The notes under the pieces are model-generated. The model searched no databases. It was not told the origin of the DNA and worked only from the letters and a program-made list of their open reading frames with translations. The translations under genes and the position numbers were made by a program. A stretch of 64,000 nt of DNA from Camelus ferus. Its lineage: Eukaryota. Shown here piece after piece: positions 27,101-41,860 of this stretch (position 1 is the stretch's first letter; each line of letters opens with the position of its first letter). The stretch is from the NCBI RefSeq assembly GCF_009834535.1, contig NC_045697.1:68760001-68824000 (forward strand). Direction: 5' to 3'.

Positions 27101-27479
27101 AATTATAACTCCACTGAGTCTTTAGAGAACTTTATTACTAGTCAGGGTCCTGCGTGTTTGTCACATAATTGCCAGACTTTTTAGGGGAATTCGTTTTTGC
27201 TGTTACAATAATTGTTACTCCCTGAGGTTTAAAAACGTTAACATTCATTTTTATACTCTAATAATAGTAACAAAAGAATAAACGCGCTTTAAGAAGAAGA
27301 AACATGAGTCTTTCTGGAATAAGTTAAATTTCCATGGAGAAGACTAAAATAAGCAATAATCAGTAGAGACTATAAAGTCATTTCATATGCTCTGCCAATT
27401 TTTCTCTTTGGGTTTCTTGTTTTGTTCTTTTTGAATTCACAAATTCCTGTTTTAGTCCAGATTAAAGTCTACGTCAGTT

Positions 27480-28720
27480 TTAAACACTGCAGATATATTC
27501 TTCCTTCTGTTAGTTACTTAACATTGCCTAGGGTGCCCAACGTTGAACTGAAGTCCTTAGTGTTTGATACAATCAAACTCATAGCATTTTTTGCCTTATG
27601 GTTCTTACTTTTCAAGTTTTTAATAAGCAGCCTTTCACCACTTTTTAAGGTGCAGTGGTAGTCCCAGTATTTTGTTCTACTAACTTTGTAGCTTTATCTT
27701 CTGAGTCTTTAATCCATCTGGATTCCATCATTGTATGTGGTGTTTTGTAAGGCTCTAATTTTATTTTTCTTTGGTTACTGTGTCCATTTTCCTAGCGTGT
27801 CTGACTAAATTTTTCCTTTACCATTAATTTGTGGTAACACCTTTATAATAAATTGTCTTCATATATGCATAGCTCCATCTTTGCACTTTTTTGTCTCATT
27901 ATTCATTTATCTTATTTTTTGCCAAAACCACAATGTTTTTATTAATATACCTCTGTAATACATTTTAATAAATGATACAGGAATTCTTCCCCTTCCTTTA
28001 TTCTTTTTCTTAAAAATTATTCACGTACCTTTATGTTTTAAAATATGTTTTGGTGTATTTATCAATTTCTTCAAAAAGTCCAACTAGAATTTTAAGTGGG
28101 GTTACAGTTTATAAATTAAAACAGGAAAAATTAATATATTCATTACACAGTCATCCCACTCAAGAGCCTAGAATTAGCTCATTTATTAAGACCATTATCT
28201 CTGTCCATTGTTAGAATTTTAAAATTCTCTTTATGGAAAAAAATAGAATTCCTTAATTCCTAGAAAGTTTATTCCTTTTGGAAATTATATTTACCTTAAT
28301 CATTTTTTTATACATGATCACTGCTGGTATAGAGAAATATTACTCATTGGTACATGATTCTTACATCTAGCAAGTGTGCTGAATTTTGTTAGTTCTAGTA
28401 GTTTCTGGATTTAAAAAAATTGTTTTGCTATATGATGCTGTAATCTGAAATTAAAGATAGTTTCATTTCTTTTCTTTCAACCCTTCTATTTCTTCTGTGT
28501 TCTTAGGAATTCTATCCTTAAGTAACAGCATGAACCACCTACTTTGTTAAGAAGGTATGGTAATAGTGGCTATCCCTGGCTTTCTTCCCTTAAACACTTA
28601 GTTTAAGTTCTTAGGTTTATAACCTTTATCAAGTTAAGGAAATTACTTGTGTCGACAGTTTTCTGAGTTTTTGTTTTTTAACACGAGTAGGCAAATGTAA
28701 TTAAAATACTGTTTCTGCAG
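27480..28720 (-). mobile_element. Very old LINE-1 ORF2-region fragment (L1M/L1ME-like)
   Basis: T-rich strand with decayed antisense L1 motifs: tctttaatccatctgga, ctgctggtatagagaaat, gaattttgttagttctagtagtttc, taatagtggctatccctgg, tttatcaagttaaggaaatt. Confidence 0.65.
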
Positions 28721-29059
28721 GTCTTTATTAAAGTACTTTTTTAAAGAGCACAGAGCAGAGAAGTGAAAACACCTGAGAATGCACCACTACCCAAACTCTT
28801 CTTATCTCTGTCAATTGACTTATCTTTGCTCTTAGATGACTAAGCAGTTTAAGGTGCAATGTTCTTCTACCCATCATCCTCGCCCATCCTTCACACTGAC
28901 ATTTAAGAAAAAAGAGCACATGGAACTGGAATGAGGTATTATAATGAGAAGGAAGTCACCTGGTCTGCTTATTCATCCTAAAGCAAAGCTCACTATTCAT
29001 CATATGCCATACCTCTGCCAAACAAGAAAGAGTTGAAAATCAGAACTGTTGTTAAAAAC

Positions 29060-29800
29060 AGAGAAAAAGAGAATAGTACCACTTATATTGGTGCACTCAA
29101 AGGGCACCCAAATAGATAATTTTTTGAAAATATATGAACAGACACCAAAGATCAGTTGGCATATGAGTATTGCTAACACACAAAAGACAAAGACCAAAAA
29201 CAATTTTAAAAACTGACCTTAGAGGAAAACAAGATTGTTAGGAAAACAAATAGAACTTTAAAAAACTAACGAAATAATTAATAGGCTAAAATACATTTAC
29301 AATATTGCATCTATAAAATAAACAACAGAACAAGAATGTATTCTAAGAGCACTTAACTTGGTATAGAAAATTCAGTCAGACAAAAATAGCCAAAGGAAAA
29401 AAAAAAGAGAGAGAGAGAGAATATGATAGAAAAGTAAAAAGATTTTTTTTTTTGAAAAACCATCTAGTACGTACAAAATCCAGAATTCCCAGAAGGAGAA
29501 AATAAAAAATTCTAAGGGGAAATTATGAAATAAATTCTAGATTTCTGGAAAGGGACATAATTCTTCAAATGTAAAAGGATACTAAAAAATGTACAGAGCC
29601 TGAATACAAATTGATTAAGATACTCAACCACAGATATATCATTGCAAAATTATAGAATATTGAGGATAAACAGAACATCCTAAATGTTTCCACAGAAAGG
29701 AATACAAGTCACCTACAAAGGACAAAAAATTTAAAATGCCACCTATCTGTATTTGCATCAGCAAAACTGGGCATTAGAATATAATGGAGCAAAGGAAGAC
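29060..29800 (+). mobile_element. Old L1 ORF1 or HAL1-like fragment
   Basis: A-rich, with ttcccagaaggagaaaat, tatatcattgcaaaatt...aggataaacagaacatcctaaatgtttcca, aagtcacctacaaagga resembling ORF1 C-terminal coding motifs. Confidence 0.55.
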
Positions 29801-30044
29801 AGTGTAAGAGAAAAACAAAGGCACTTTGAAATATAAACTCCTGCCACCACTTCAATAAAATGTTAGCCCAACACTAATATATATCCAACACATCCATTCC
29901 TAGTGGAAAACCAATGCAAACAAAACAAAACAAAACAAAACAAACAAACAAACAAAAAACAGGTCAACAGAGCTCCCAGAAAAAAGTCTCCAGGTTAAAA
30001 AAAAAAAAAGTATGATGGACTTTTTTGGATAAAATGATAACCAA

Positions 30045-30325
30045 CTCAAAAAAAAGAAAGATAATTTGCATGATTTCACTTATATAAAGTACTTACAGTA
30101 GACAAATTAATAGAGACAAAGTAGAATGGTGGTTTCCAGGGACTGGGAGAATTAGTGTTATAAGGGTAGTGTTTCAAGTTTTGCAAGATGAAAACAGTTC
30201 TGTGGATAGATGGTGGTGATGGTAGCACAACAATGTAAATTACTTAATACCACTGAATTCTACACTTAAAAGTGGTTAAGATAGTAAATTGTTTGTTACA
30301 TGTATCTTACCACAATTTTTAAAAG
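30045..30325 (+). mobile_element. L1MB-like 3' terminus
   Basis: tgcatgatttcacttatata...gtagaatggtggtttccaggg...ttttgcaagatgaaaacagttctg...tacacttaaaagtggttaagatagtaaatt...ttaccacaattttt. Confidence 0.82.
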
Positions 30326-30902
30326 ATAATTTAAAGTTCCAGACAACTATAAAGACAGTTATGCTCTAAACATAACTGAAGGTAATCAAAATGTGGTAAA
30401 ATTCAAGCAACTAATGGAATATAGAAGATAAAGTCTACGTGATTTTTTATTAAAGAATATTCTACTTTGAGAAGCCTAAATATCATGGCATTACAACCAC
30501 AGAAAGAAGCCATCCTTACATTCCACTTGCTTCAAAATTCAGTAATTTAAAAAGTTTGTCTCTGGTTATGTGAAAGAATGTGGCAAAAGCCTATTGCTTT
30601 TTTCTAGGCTCTTCTATACAATTTGGTTTGTTATCATGTACATGTATTATACAGACAAACACACACACACATCTCTCTGGCTTCTGTTTCTAAAACTTTA
30701 TGTTCTGCAGAGATAGAAACAGAATTTTTAAAAGAGGAGAACTGTGCTACAGGCTGAAATATCTGAGTCTTTAAATGTATTTGAAATTGACAAAGTCATT
30801 AGAAGAAATAGATAAAATTAAATACATAATTACAGCTTGGTTTCTACAGTAAAATATCATTAAAAAGATAAAATTGTATAAATGTATTAGGCATATACTG
30901 TT

Positions 30903-30965
30903 TGTGTGTGTGTATATATATATATATATACACATATGTATATATATATATATATATATATATTT
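30903..30965. repeat. (TG)n/(TA)n microsatellite
   Basis: Read directly; source of the IYIY-rich ORFs at 30771-31107. Confidence 0.95.
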
Positions 30966-33269
30966 GTATATCAAAATGTGTCCATCTAATGATTCCATGT
31001 TTGCTTTACATTTACCCTTAAAAATATTCATGTTCCTTAACAAATCATTTAGAAATTTAAATAAAATGTCTTTTATGAGACTGTCTACAACAAATTTTCC
31101 AGCATGAGTTTTGTTGTGTTTTGGTGCAAAGATCTGCTAAATGAATAGGCTAAAGTTAGGCAAAGATGATAATGTCTACTTTGTCTTTTATCAGACATGG
31201 AAAAAACTGAAACGTATCTTTTCTAAAGCACTGAAGCAATATTCCCCCAGGTTTTTCCCGTGGAATTCAAGTTTTCAGCATGTCAGTTGACATCACACAT
31301 ATAAAGTGTTCTCCAGTTAAATAAATTTGGGGAAAGTTGAGTCAAACAAGGTTAAAAAAACAGGTTTCTTTATTGCAGATGTGTGATAGTCTGATTCACA
31401 CATGACTAAGGATCATTACAATGTGTGCATTTCTCATCATATGCTTCATCACAGACTCGCTTTTTCCCCACAATCTTCTCATAGAACATATTTTGGCAAA
31501 TTTTAATTTCCAGAATAGCCAACTTAGTTCTCCAATTTCTAGTGTCATTTTCAATGTACTAATTCTGAAATTGTAATTTACATCTTAGCTATGGTGCTGG
31601 TTAAAAAGCCCAAATGATAGCAGAGACAAAATTACAATAAAGACATTTTTTCACTGATATTAAAAACATTCAAAGTAAATTACAGTTAAATAGTTCACAT
31701 TAAAAAGCTCTTTATATCATCTTTCGGTTTGTATGTTACAGAACTGTCCTCCTCAGTTTGCCTAATCAGTCTTCTCTAGCAGTGCATAGTATTATCTAGT
31801 AGTCAGACAATAGCTTTGTCAGTTTCAGAATGTAGTATCTTGAGATAACTGTAAAGTTTAAACCAAAGAATTACATCAGTAGTGAATGGTCTTCTCTATA
31901 ACTGGCCACAGCTGCAAGAAACTTACTCATTTATATTCTCTGCAATCTCTCAATTCTCTAATCAAAAAAAAAAAAAAAAAAAAACAAACTTAGAAGCCTA
32001 GTGGCTATAGTCTGTCTGAATAGAATTATTATATGTGCAATAGAATTATTATATGGAATAGCAAAAGCAAATATGGGTAATCAGAGAAATAAAATAACTT
32101 GAGGTCAAATAGTTCATTATTTACAAATATTGGTTAAAAAAAGACTTCCATTCTATTGATGGCATCTTTACTTTTACTAGTATCTTTAAAATGTCATAGG
32201 AGGCAAAAAAAGTCAACTAAAGAGGTAGAAATTGTTTGGTTTTAGGTTAAGAAATCCGTATGTAGAAGCATTTTCCACATTGTCATTATCTTGACAATTT
32301 ATTAACTTCCTCTGCTATATGGTCAGAACAATTTATTATAATTATTATAATTTATTATGATCCTCACGGAACAAATTTCTAGATCTAATCTTGGTAAAAG
32401 GCTTAATCCATGCAGGAAACAGAGTCACTTTAAAAATCTAAGCTCATCTGTTAAAGCAGCTGCCCATAGCTGAGAGAAAATGTTGATAAGGTAAAAGCTC
32501 AGTTGAAGTCATGCAAATCATTTGACCAAATCGAACAAACCTCTCAGCAGACTCTCTGGAAAGGCTACAGTAATGTCAGACTTCTGAAAATAACATTCAA
32601 AATAAAGCAAACAAAGAAAAATACCTCATCCCTAGAAATACAACTACTGAAGAGTTTTCATCAAGGAAACTGTGTGAGTGTGTATGGGGGAGGGGTGACA
32701 GTGAAAGAAAGAGACAGTATTTGGGGGGAAATGAAAAAAGAGAAATAGTGCATAACTTTAGATCTTAAAATTCTCATCTCATTTCTGGGCCTTGTGCCCG
32801 TAGCTAATTTCTAGGAAAAAAAGCACATATTATGGAGACTCACAGGATGCTCTGATGGACACTGATAGACTATAAGGAAGAATATGACTTTTGCTATCTT
32901 TCAGAGTTGAAGAATGGAATATAACTTGCGTCACCATAGTTCCCTTTATTTTGATGAAGCTACCTGAATGGAGTGATCTAGTTGGAACTTCAGAATTCGA
33001 TTAGTTTCATCAATCATTGAAATAGAATTGTGAATTATATAAAATAGAAATTCAATTATTGATTGAATTCATTATTGACTTAGAAACATATTAGATATGT
33101 TCTGTGTAATAATGCTGTGCTGTGCAGACTGGCTTTTGGAGGAGGGGTTCTTTCCTCCCCTATACAATCAGGGTCTTGAAACACTCAACAAGGTAGATAA
33201 AGTGGACTAGAACTAGCCCACAGATGGAAGACTCAAAACCACGATGCCTACCTTCTATTCTATAAGGTG

Positions 33270-33780
33270 TTAATTTATTTAGCATTTTGGTTCACAGGAG
33301 ATAAAAAGAGGAAGAATAATCAAGTTCTACCTCAAGGAAATTCAAACAGAGTCTAAAGGAAAATAAGACACATGCACAAATGTCTATATTGTAAGAGAAA
33401 ATAAAGATTAGTACCATTAGTTCCATGGGGATCTAAAATGGTGAGAGATTTCATCTGGTTGGAAGAATTTGAGTTGGTCTAGAAAATGAGTAGGATTTTG
33501 TTAAACAGATATGAGCTATTCCTAGGGGAAGAAACCACACCAACAAAATCTTTACACAGCAAAGCATAAAGCGTGATTTGAGAACTGAATAGTGTAAATT
33601 TATTAGATGATACAGTAGAACAGAAAAAAGGGAAGGATGAATAATAAAGCTGTGACTAGAATGGAAAGTTTGGGCCAAAGTACTTAAGTTGAAGACTTTG
33701 TATTTACATAATAGTCAACAGTAAACCATGAGATGTTGGTGAGCTTGGGAATGGGTATGATCAGAACTGTTTTAACAGAC
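33270..33780 (-). mobile_element. Decayed L2 fragment
   Basis: ctacctcaaggaaattcaaacagagtc, ttcctaggggaagaaacc, agactttgtattt...gtaaaccatgagatg...atgatcagaactgtttt. Confidence 0.5.
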
Positions 33781-36304
33781 CCTTGAACCACTCCTCTTCC
33801 CACATATATTAGAAAAATAAAAAATGACTTCTGAGATGATGGTATTCTTTTCCCTTTTTCTGTAACATTATTTCTTACAGAGTAAACTTGACAATTTATC
33901 CACACTACTGAGAATTTGTAATATGTACTATTCTAAGTAGTGTAGAATATATGGTGACAAGAATAAGCCCCTAGATAATTATTATGTGACCTTAATATCA
34001 AATGGTTCTTTAATTGTTGGAGGAGAGAGATAAAGAGGAATGATAGTATCCCCTAATTTGTATATATTAAATTTCTAAAGTATTGCTCTAATTTTATTTA
34101 AAAGTTATCAAAACAGCTCATTTTTCTGTATTAATAATGGTTTTGATTGTTTGACCTGATTATCACTATATCCAGAAAATTAAGTTAAATTATAAGGTTC
34201 ACATGGAAGGCTCCAGTAAATGACTTTTTCTTTTTTTTTTTTACAATCTGTTCTTCATATAAAAGAGCAATTCAATGCTTTTAAAAGTGTTACTCCAATT
34301 ACCAACGAGATGCCTATTCTTAGTTATGCTGAGTTGGTACTTCCAGAAATAGTTTCTTATAAAATTGCCTATTCAGTCAATCTAAAAACAAGCTACCAAT
34401 GGTTTAAGAAGACATTTAAGAAATGTGCCTGCAATACGGTATAATTTATGAACTTGTATTAACACTTCAAAACTAGGGCCTAAACCAGAACTGCTTTAAA
34501 TCAAATTTAAGTCATCCTTACCTTCTCTTTCAGAGCCCACTGCACAAAAATAAATAAACAAATAAAATTGTACAGAAAAGTGTCCTTAATTGGTCCAATA
34601 AATCAAGTTCACATCAATAAAAAACAATTATGGCATATTAAATTTTATTCCTGTTTAAATCAATCTATAAAATGATGTGTTAATCTCTGTACAAAAGATA
34701 CTGTTTTAAAAAAAACTAAAGGTATTTTTTTCTTCTTCATTTTCCCTAGTCTATTGATTTAATATCATCTCATATATTCACAAAGTCTTTAAACTATGCT
34801 ACAATTATAAAATATCAAAGCTTGACATATCATTAAACATTTTTACCATGAAAGATCTTTAGTAAAATTAATACTGTCATAAATAAAATGTCAGAAAAGC
34901 TGTTATCTTATTATCTATGGGAAAACACAATTTATTCTATTAGAATTCAGGAAAACCTTGAATGAATTAAAAAAAAACACTTATGCTGATTTATATGGGA
35001 CTATATTGTTCAATGAACTTAGATTAAAATCAGTTAAGACAATTCAGGGCGAGCTCATATCTTATTTGCTTATGATTTTATCTTTACAAAACATTTCTTG
35101 GAGTCAATTAAACAGCAGTTAAGAGTAACAAAATGAAGGCTCTCAAAATACACTGCAATACAATACTTGTTTGAAAAATAAAGAGTTAATCATAACATCT
35201 GGATTTCTAATCTTCTATATAAGATGTAGTATGAGAGGATGACAGTCATTTGAGTTAATTTATCTTTTGGGCTTAAGTACCTCATCTTTTACTCTAAAAG
35301 TTCTTGGATGTTCCAGTTGCCCACTTCTATGTAATGTTATAACTTCTGCATCAGGTTTAGTTTTCTTTATACAGATGGTCATTTGATACTCACGGATGAA
35401 GTGTGGCTGAATAAAAAGTTATGAAGCAGACATACTCATGAGAATGACAGATAGTACCAGTATTTTATGGTTAAACCTTCAATATATTCTGCTACATTGT
35501 ACACACATAAAACCATATCAATTTGTATCTTTAGCTTACTAAATTAAAGGACAACATAAAAAAGTTTAAAAACAAAGATACATATTGTAACTTGGCCAAA
35601 ATGATATTCATACTTAAGTCCATAGATTTCAAAGTTAAAAGTACTAAAATGCTGTTTGTTCCAGGCTTTACCCAACGGGATTTCCTTTGCAGTATTCTTG
35701 AAATGATTACCCAACTTAACAGTTGAACTTCTCCAGTATGTTCTTATTGACAGAAACTAAATGGACAAAACTTTATCCACAAAGAAAATTGCTGAGAAGT
35801 AGCTGTATTTCAGCCATATCACACATGCAAAAGACCAAAGTCCTGGGACATGGTTGTGCCAGGATTTAACAGACAGTGGATACTACTGTAAGGTAAGATC
35901 ATATCCAAAATCTAGTCAGCTAAATCTTAAAGCTATCAATTACTAGCAGTAGGCTTTTTTTTTTAAAGGGTTTTAAAGAGCTTAAATTATACTGACATCA
36001 TTGTTGCCATCTTTTTCAACTTTTGTTTAGTATGTTTAGTATGAAAAAGGACACAGCAGGCTCAACTCTCCATGCACCTCTAAGATAGTTCACAAATTAT
36101 CACAGTAATAGGGAACTCATAAACTCTTAAAACACCCTATTTCATCTTCTGATTACTGTGTCTACTGGAACTTTTACTGTTGTTACATTTAAAGACCTGT
36201 AATCCTCTAACTATAATGGATTGTCTGATCTTCAGATGGACACATAATTGTATTTGTCAACATGCTTTGAGTTCTTGCATATGCCATCCCCTAAAATAAG
36301 CACT

Positions 36305-36725
36305 TTTGTCAGTTATGTATAATTTTGTCTGCAAGTAACAGAAAGCCCACCTACTGGCTTAAACAAATGGGTAATTATTTCTCTCACATAACAAGAAGTC
36401 TTAAGTCTTATGGCTTCTAGTGATGAGTCAACTCTCCTAACAATATCAGACTAGGTGTGTAGGTGATTCTACCAGTTGTTCTTCCATGTTGGCAAGACAG
36501 CTGCCACAGCTAAGTTCTCACATCTGTCTCTGACTTCATCCCTCGCTCACTTCAGTCATACTGACCCCTGTTCCACTGCCAGAATACGATTACAAAATCA
36601 ACCTAACTGGAGGAAAGGATGGAAAAGACAGTATTTAGCTCTTCCAGCCCCTATGGTGGACAGAGAAAGGGATGGGGAAGGGAGTGGGGGGCATAAGTGT
36701 GATGTTAGCCAACCAGCAAAAATCT
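36305..36725 (-). mobile_element. Old MaLR LTR (MLT1K/L-like)
   Basis: tgcaagtaacagaaagccc...ggcttaaacaaatggg...tttctctcacataacaagaagtc...ggcaagacagctgccacagc. Confidence 0.6.
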
Positions 36726-37266
36726 TCCATGTGTGTAATATACCTTTTTAGCTAAGCTTTAAAACTTCATGGCAGGTACTTTTATGATATCCCTTGATTG
36801 CTTGAGTAAATCAAAAGTTAAGGTTATCAAGCAACTTACCCAAGGTCCCACAACTATTAAGAGTGGCAATGCTAGAGTTTTAATCCATGGTGTCAAATTT
36901 TTAACTATATACTCTTAACAATAAGGCACATAAGAATTTCTGTCCAAGTTTTCTAGTATACCTTCCTTTATAGCCTTTGTACTTGAACTTTCTACAAATT
37001 TGAGGACCTTTTTCTTTTTTTTTTTTTTGCCAATTCTGCAGCATGCTGGTGTGTTAAAATTACTTTCCCTTATCCTCTTTATTGGGATCACTTTCCATTT
37101 CATACTTGTACAGGCTTTAAAGTAACTCTTTCCTCATGAGATGTTCTGTTTTAGGATTTCATAAAGCCTATATTTTCTTATTTTACATGTAGCCTAATAT
37201 TTCCTTAAGACAAAAAAATGCATTTTTACATGGAAATTTACAGAAATGAAAATATAAATTTAGAAG

Positions 37267-37765
37267 TGAGGCAGGTAGTCTTGATTGCTTGTTCAACAGC
37301 CATTACTTGCTCTTTACCTTTGCTTACAGATTCATTATTTTATTCAGAGGTTGGGATATCTGTTAGCTTCCTGAGTCCCTCATGACCCAAAGCAAAGAAC
37401 TTGACTAGGTCTATTTAATGTTCCCCAATGAATATTCAGATATAGTCGTGTTTCAAAATCATGGCTATTAAGGGCTAAGGGAAAGTCTTTTGAGAAGTTT
37501 TTGGAAAGTTTTACTTTTTTTTTTTTTTATAAAGTTAGACAAATTAGTGCCTCCCCTATTTCTACATTTATTCATTGTCATATGAGGACATGATATGTGG
37601 AGTTGCTGCAGTCTCTTATTGCCATGAAGTAAAAGGCCTCTGAGGTTCACAGACCAGAAAGAAGAAAACCACTTGCATCTTGACTTGTTGCTGATTTACT
37701 GAAAACTGGAAGCACAAACCTGTAATATTACTGCCATGGTAGAAGAGAAACTCTTAATAATCAAG
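37267..37765 (+). mobile_element. Old MaLR LTR (MLT1J-like)
   Basis: tgaggcagg..., atgaggacatgatatgtggagttgctgcagtctcttattgccatgaag, agagaaactcttaata. Confidence 0.5.
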
Positions 37766-38071
37766 AAATGTTAAAATATGTCTCATAGTTTATGTGAATG
37801 TTATTATTTGGTCATTGTTCATATAATTTAATGAAAGTAAATGTTATTAAAGTGCACTATAGATGCCAGAAATTAGAACCGTAAGTCAGAAAAAACAGAA
37901 AGGTTAGTTCATTGAAAGGAAGCCAAACCATTCAGAGATTTACCATAATAACCCAAAGCTTCCTTCACAAGAATAATTTCATTTCCAACTTGTGAAAAAT
38001 CTGATTATTAAGAAAAGAGAACAAAAAATGATTTGAGAAGAGGGGTGCACATAATATTTCTGATCATGTAG

Positions 38072-38370
38072 ATCCAGGGTCAAAAGGACTAGGTAGTAAA
38101 TACATGGTGTCTGTTGCAACCACTCAATTCCACCATTGTAGCACAAAAGCAGCAGTAGACAATTTGTCAACAAATGAACATGATTGTGTTCCAATAAGAC
38201 TTCTATTTATGGACACTGAGATTGAGTTTCATATACTTTGGCACAAAATAGTACTCTTATTTTGACTTTTTTTTTTCAAACATCTATCAATGCTAAATTA
38301 TTTTAAGCTCATAGGCCATACAAAAATAGCAAGATTTTGGTTTGCAGGCCATAGTTTGCCAAATTCTGGA
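38072..38370. mobile_element. MER58-like hAT-Charlie element
   Basis: ggtgtctgttgcaaccactcaattc..ccattgtagcacaaaagcagc..tagacaat...tgtgttccaataa...ggccatagtttgcc. Confidence 0.82.
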
Positions 38371-39076
38371 GTAAGAAAAAGAATTTTAGTAGTCTAATTT
38401 CTTTCTAACTACTTCCTTACTACCACAAAAAGAAGTCTAATTCCATATCTCTCCAGGGCTTTGGGAAAGTCTGTTTTGGATATCTATTCTCTTCTCCAAG
38501 GAAGGCCTTAGTATAAAGAAACAGTTTCCAATCAGCTGCCAGAGGAATCATTACAAGGGACAAATCAATGTACATAATGAACTATGTCTATGAACAGAAT
38601 AAATAAAATGATTCACAAAATCATGTGAAGCATAAAGTCAAGGATCTTCCATGCCCCTTACTACTACTAATTTTGTCTTGCTTTACTCAAACCTAAAAAT
38701 GTGGAAGCTCTGAGACATGATAAAGCTGAAGGGGTAAGTACGTTTACCCTTTACATCTATACTGACCATAGTAGTTACATAGTACATGTTCACACTACTT
38801 TTTCTTATTCAGTATCACTACATGAGTGGCTTCTACTCACTCATTATTCACTATTTTATTCTGTATCTTTTGCTAACTAAACATACTAGGGAAAATATCT
38901 ATGCCAAAATAGAAATAGCAATATTATAAAACTTACCAACTTAAATTAGGAAATAGCTCAGTCTGAATTAATAAAAATTAAAAAGGAAATAGAATAATTT
39001 AAATAAATGTATTTAATTGTTGTATTGATGTACAGACAGATCCAAGGGAAAAAACCTTTGGGAGATTTACTTTAGA

Positions 39077-39212
39077 TTAGGTGACCATACATCTCAGTTA
39101 GCCCAGAACAGTGCCTAATTAGTACCCTTGTCCTGTGTGTAATCATTTATAGTGGCCCATTTCATTCTGTAAAGTACATTCCTGTGGAGAATGAATTATA
39201 TGGTTTCCATAA
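39077..39212. mobile_element. MER94-like hAT-Blackjack MITE
   Basis: taggtgaccatacatctcagttagcccagaacagt...aattatatggtttcc, with degenerate terminal inverted repeats; a similar copy lies at about 51577-51700. Confidence 0.6.
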
Positions 39213-40439
39213 CTCTAGGAAACATACTAGGCTATTCTGTAGTCTGTATCTAATAATTCTACTTTCTAAAGGTCTTGGAAAAGAACTATTTCTGATGTTT
39301 GTTCTTTCTACAAATATATTACTTACGTGTGCAACTTTTAATTGTGGATTGTGAACTTTTGTTCAGCAGGGTTTATTTATGAGAATCCTGTGAGGACTGG
39401 GTAAAGGGTAGTTTCGTGCAGACAGGTTTTGCTTCTGCCAAGCACCCAAGGGATAATACAACATACGACTACTTTATGTGTCATTTCCTCAGGCTGAAGT
39501 CAAATCATGAAAGTAGTATATAATGCAAACATGAAACTTCAGTACAGACATGAATATGCATTCTCAGAGAAGAATTTTTTTTATTCAGGTCAAAATAAAA
39601 TGCTTTCTTATAGTCTTTATTTGCTACTAGATATTTTTTCCCAGCCCATCCTTTAATTGATAATGCAGCCCTTAGAAAATTCTGGTTTTGTGTATATGTA
39701 TCGGTTTCCATTTACTCTATGTAGTTATCAAAATGCCTACCCCTTACCCTCCACAAGGCAGTTAGTACATTAATAACTGTTTATGACTCAAGAGATAATA
39801 CTTCTTAGAAGCTCTTGATTTCTCTAAAGCTCAGCTCTGCATCTCAAAGGATGCTTGTTATATCTCAATCAGCATTTCTTTCTAATGTGAGGATTTTCAA
39901 AATAGCTAATCTTCCACATTTCAAAAGCCAAATGGAATGGAGAGTGGAGGAGAAAAGAGTAAAACTAGCAAAGGATAGGTTGAAGAAGTAGGAAGAAAAC
40001 TAAACTGAAGAGTAAACAAAATTGATGTTAAGTGGGGAGAGATTTTCAAGAAGGATCTGATCAACCTATGCAGCAACAACTAGAAAGATTAAATATGAGA
40101 AAAAGAACTTCAGCTTCATAAAAAAGACTGCTAAGAACTTTAGTCATTTAAGAGCTGTATTTCAGGTGGTGATACCTAAAAAATACAAACCTTATATATT
40201 TGAAGCAATTAGCTGAAAATAAGAACACAGTAGTCTCTTAAGGTAGGGGACACTTCATTAATAAGATTATTATATAAATAAAATAATTCATGGAAACCTT
40301 AAGCATGGTGCTCTGTAGACACTTAATGATCATGGTTACTTTGTCTAGTCCCTTTTCTTCTTATGAGAAAATACTACAAATACTGTAAGATGCTGTACGG
40401 CAAGAACTTCAGAACATAAAATTCTCAGGTATCAACTAC

Positions 40440-40828
40440 TGCTCAGGAAAGGGTTAACTCAGCAGGCTGGCTTGCTCAAACCCTGAGCATTTCAAAGAAA
40501 AGTCCTGTCTTATGTGACTGACCCCAAATAAAAACTGTGGACACCAGGCTCAGGTGAGTTTTCCTTTCGACAACATTTCTCACATGCTGTCACACATGAC
40601 TGCTGAAAAGTTAGGTGCCTCCATGCCACTCCACTGGGATAGGACACCTGGGACCTTGTGCCTAGTTTCTCCTGGACTCCATCTCAGGTACCTTTTCCTT
40701 TTGTTGATTTTAATCTGTATCGTTTCATTACAATAAATAGTAATTATGAGTATAACAGTTGTACCGATTCCTAGGAGTTCTTCTAGTGAGTCACCAACTC
40801 TGGGAGTAGCCTTAGGGATACAACAGCA
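40440..40828 (+). mobile_element. MER77/MER21-family LTR, apparently with an internal deletion
   Basis: tgctcaggaaagggttaactcagcaggc...aaaccctg; tgtgactgaccccaaataaaaac; ctccactgggataggacac; ttgattttaatctgtatc...aataaa...tgagtataacag...ttctagtgagtcacc. Confidence 0.7.
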
Positions 40829-41734
40829 AAATAGTTTCATATGTTTCTTAAAGTTATGATAACCACGCAACTCATTTTCCAAATGGAGATACTTTTTGGA
40901 GGAAAATAAGACACTATTAATGGTTAGACACAAGATGGATGAGGGTCAAACAGAGGGTATTTCTATTAAGAAATTTCTATCACAAGTGAGAGGGAAAAAA
41001 AAAAAGAGTTCAATAGGGAATTAGAGATTTTTAGGAAAGAGCCAAAAGTTTGGAACAGCTACCGTGAAAAGTATTCATTGAGTCGAATAGATAGATATAA
41101 ATGAATTGTCAAATAGTCAAGCCCTAATTGTATTTATGAGAATCAATTTGGAGTAGGTCAGATATGCCCAGTAAATAGAAATTTATTTGAGGTGCCCTGC
41201 AGTAAAGAAACTGAAGGAAAATAAAGTAGATCATGTGATGACTCTGAATTCTCAACTACTACATCCTGCTAATCGTCCTCAGATTTTTCTTCAGATCTCT
41301 TTCTATACAGACATATTGCCATCTTCCCATTTTGGGTCCCCAGCACCTTACCAATAACACTATAATACTCCAGAAGCTCAAGTTCTAATCTGGAATCAAA
41401 AACCCTTTTATTACTTGTTTTTCATTAAAAAGTAGTAGATGCTCATTATATTTACAAACCATAAAAATAGAAAAACTAATTAATCAATCAGTTCTATAAA
41501 ACCCCTTATGATTTTGCTGCATTTACTTCCATGTCTTTTAAAGTGAATAATATTCATTATTAACATACATGATTTTGTTTTACTTTTTGATGGAATCATA
41601 TTCTGTAGAAATTGTTATATATTCTTTTTCTTCAATTAATATTTTACTAAAGCATCTTATCAGCAGATCCTGAGTGTTTCAGAAGTATGTTTTTTTAATG
41701 ACTTTATTATATTCCATCATAATGAAAAACCTAA

Positions 41735-41860
41735 TACCTTCATTTTACAGATGAAAAATCTGAAGCTTAGGGAGGTTAAATGATTTCCTCAAAGTCACAG
41801 AGCTAGTCACATTAGATTTAGGATGAGAAAAATAATTTCTCTATATTTCTTGTTTAATAT
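41735..41860 (-). mobile_element. MIR SINE
   Basis: cattttacagatgaaaaatctgaagcttagggaggttaaatgatttcctcaaagtcacagagctagt (MIR core). Confidence 0.85.
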
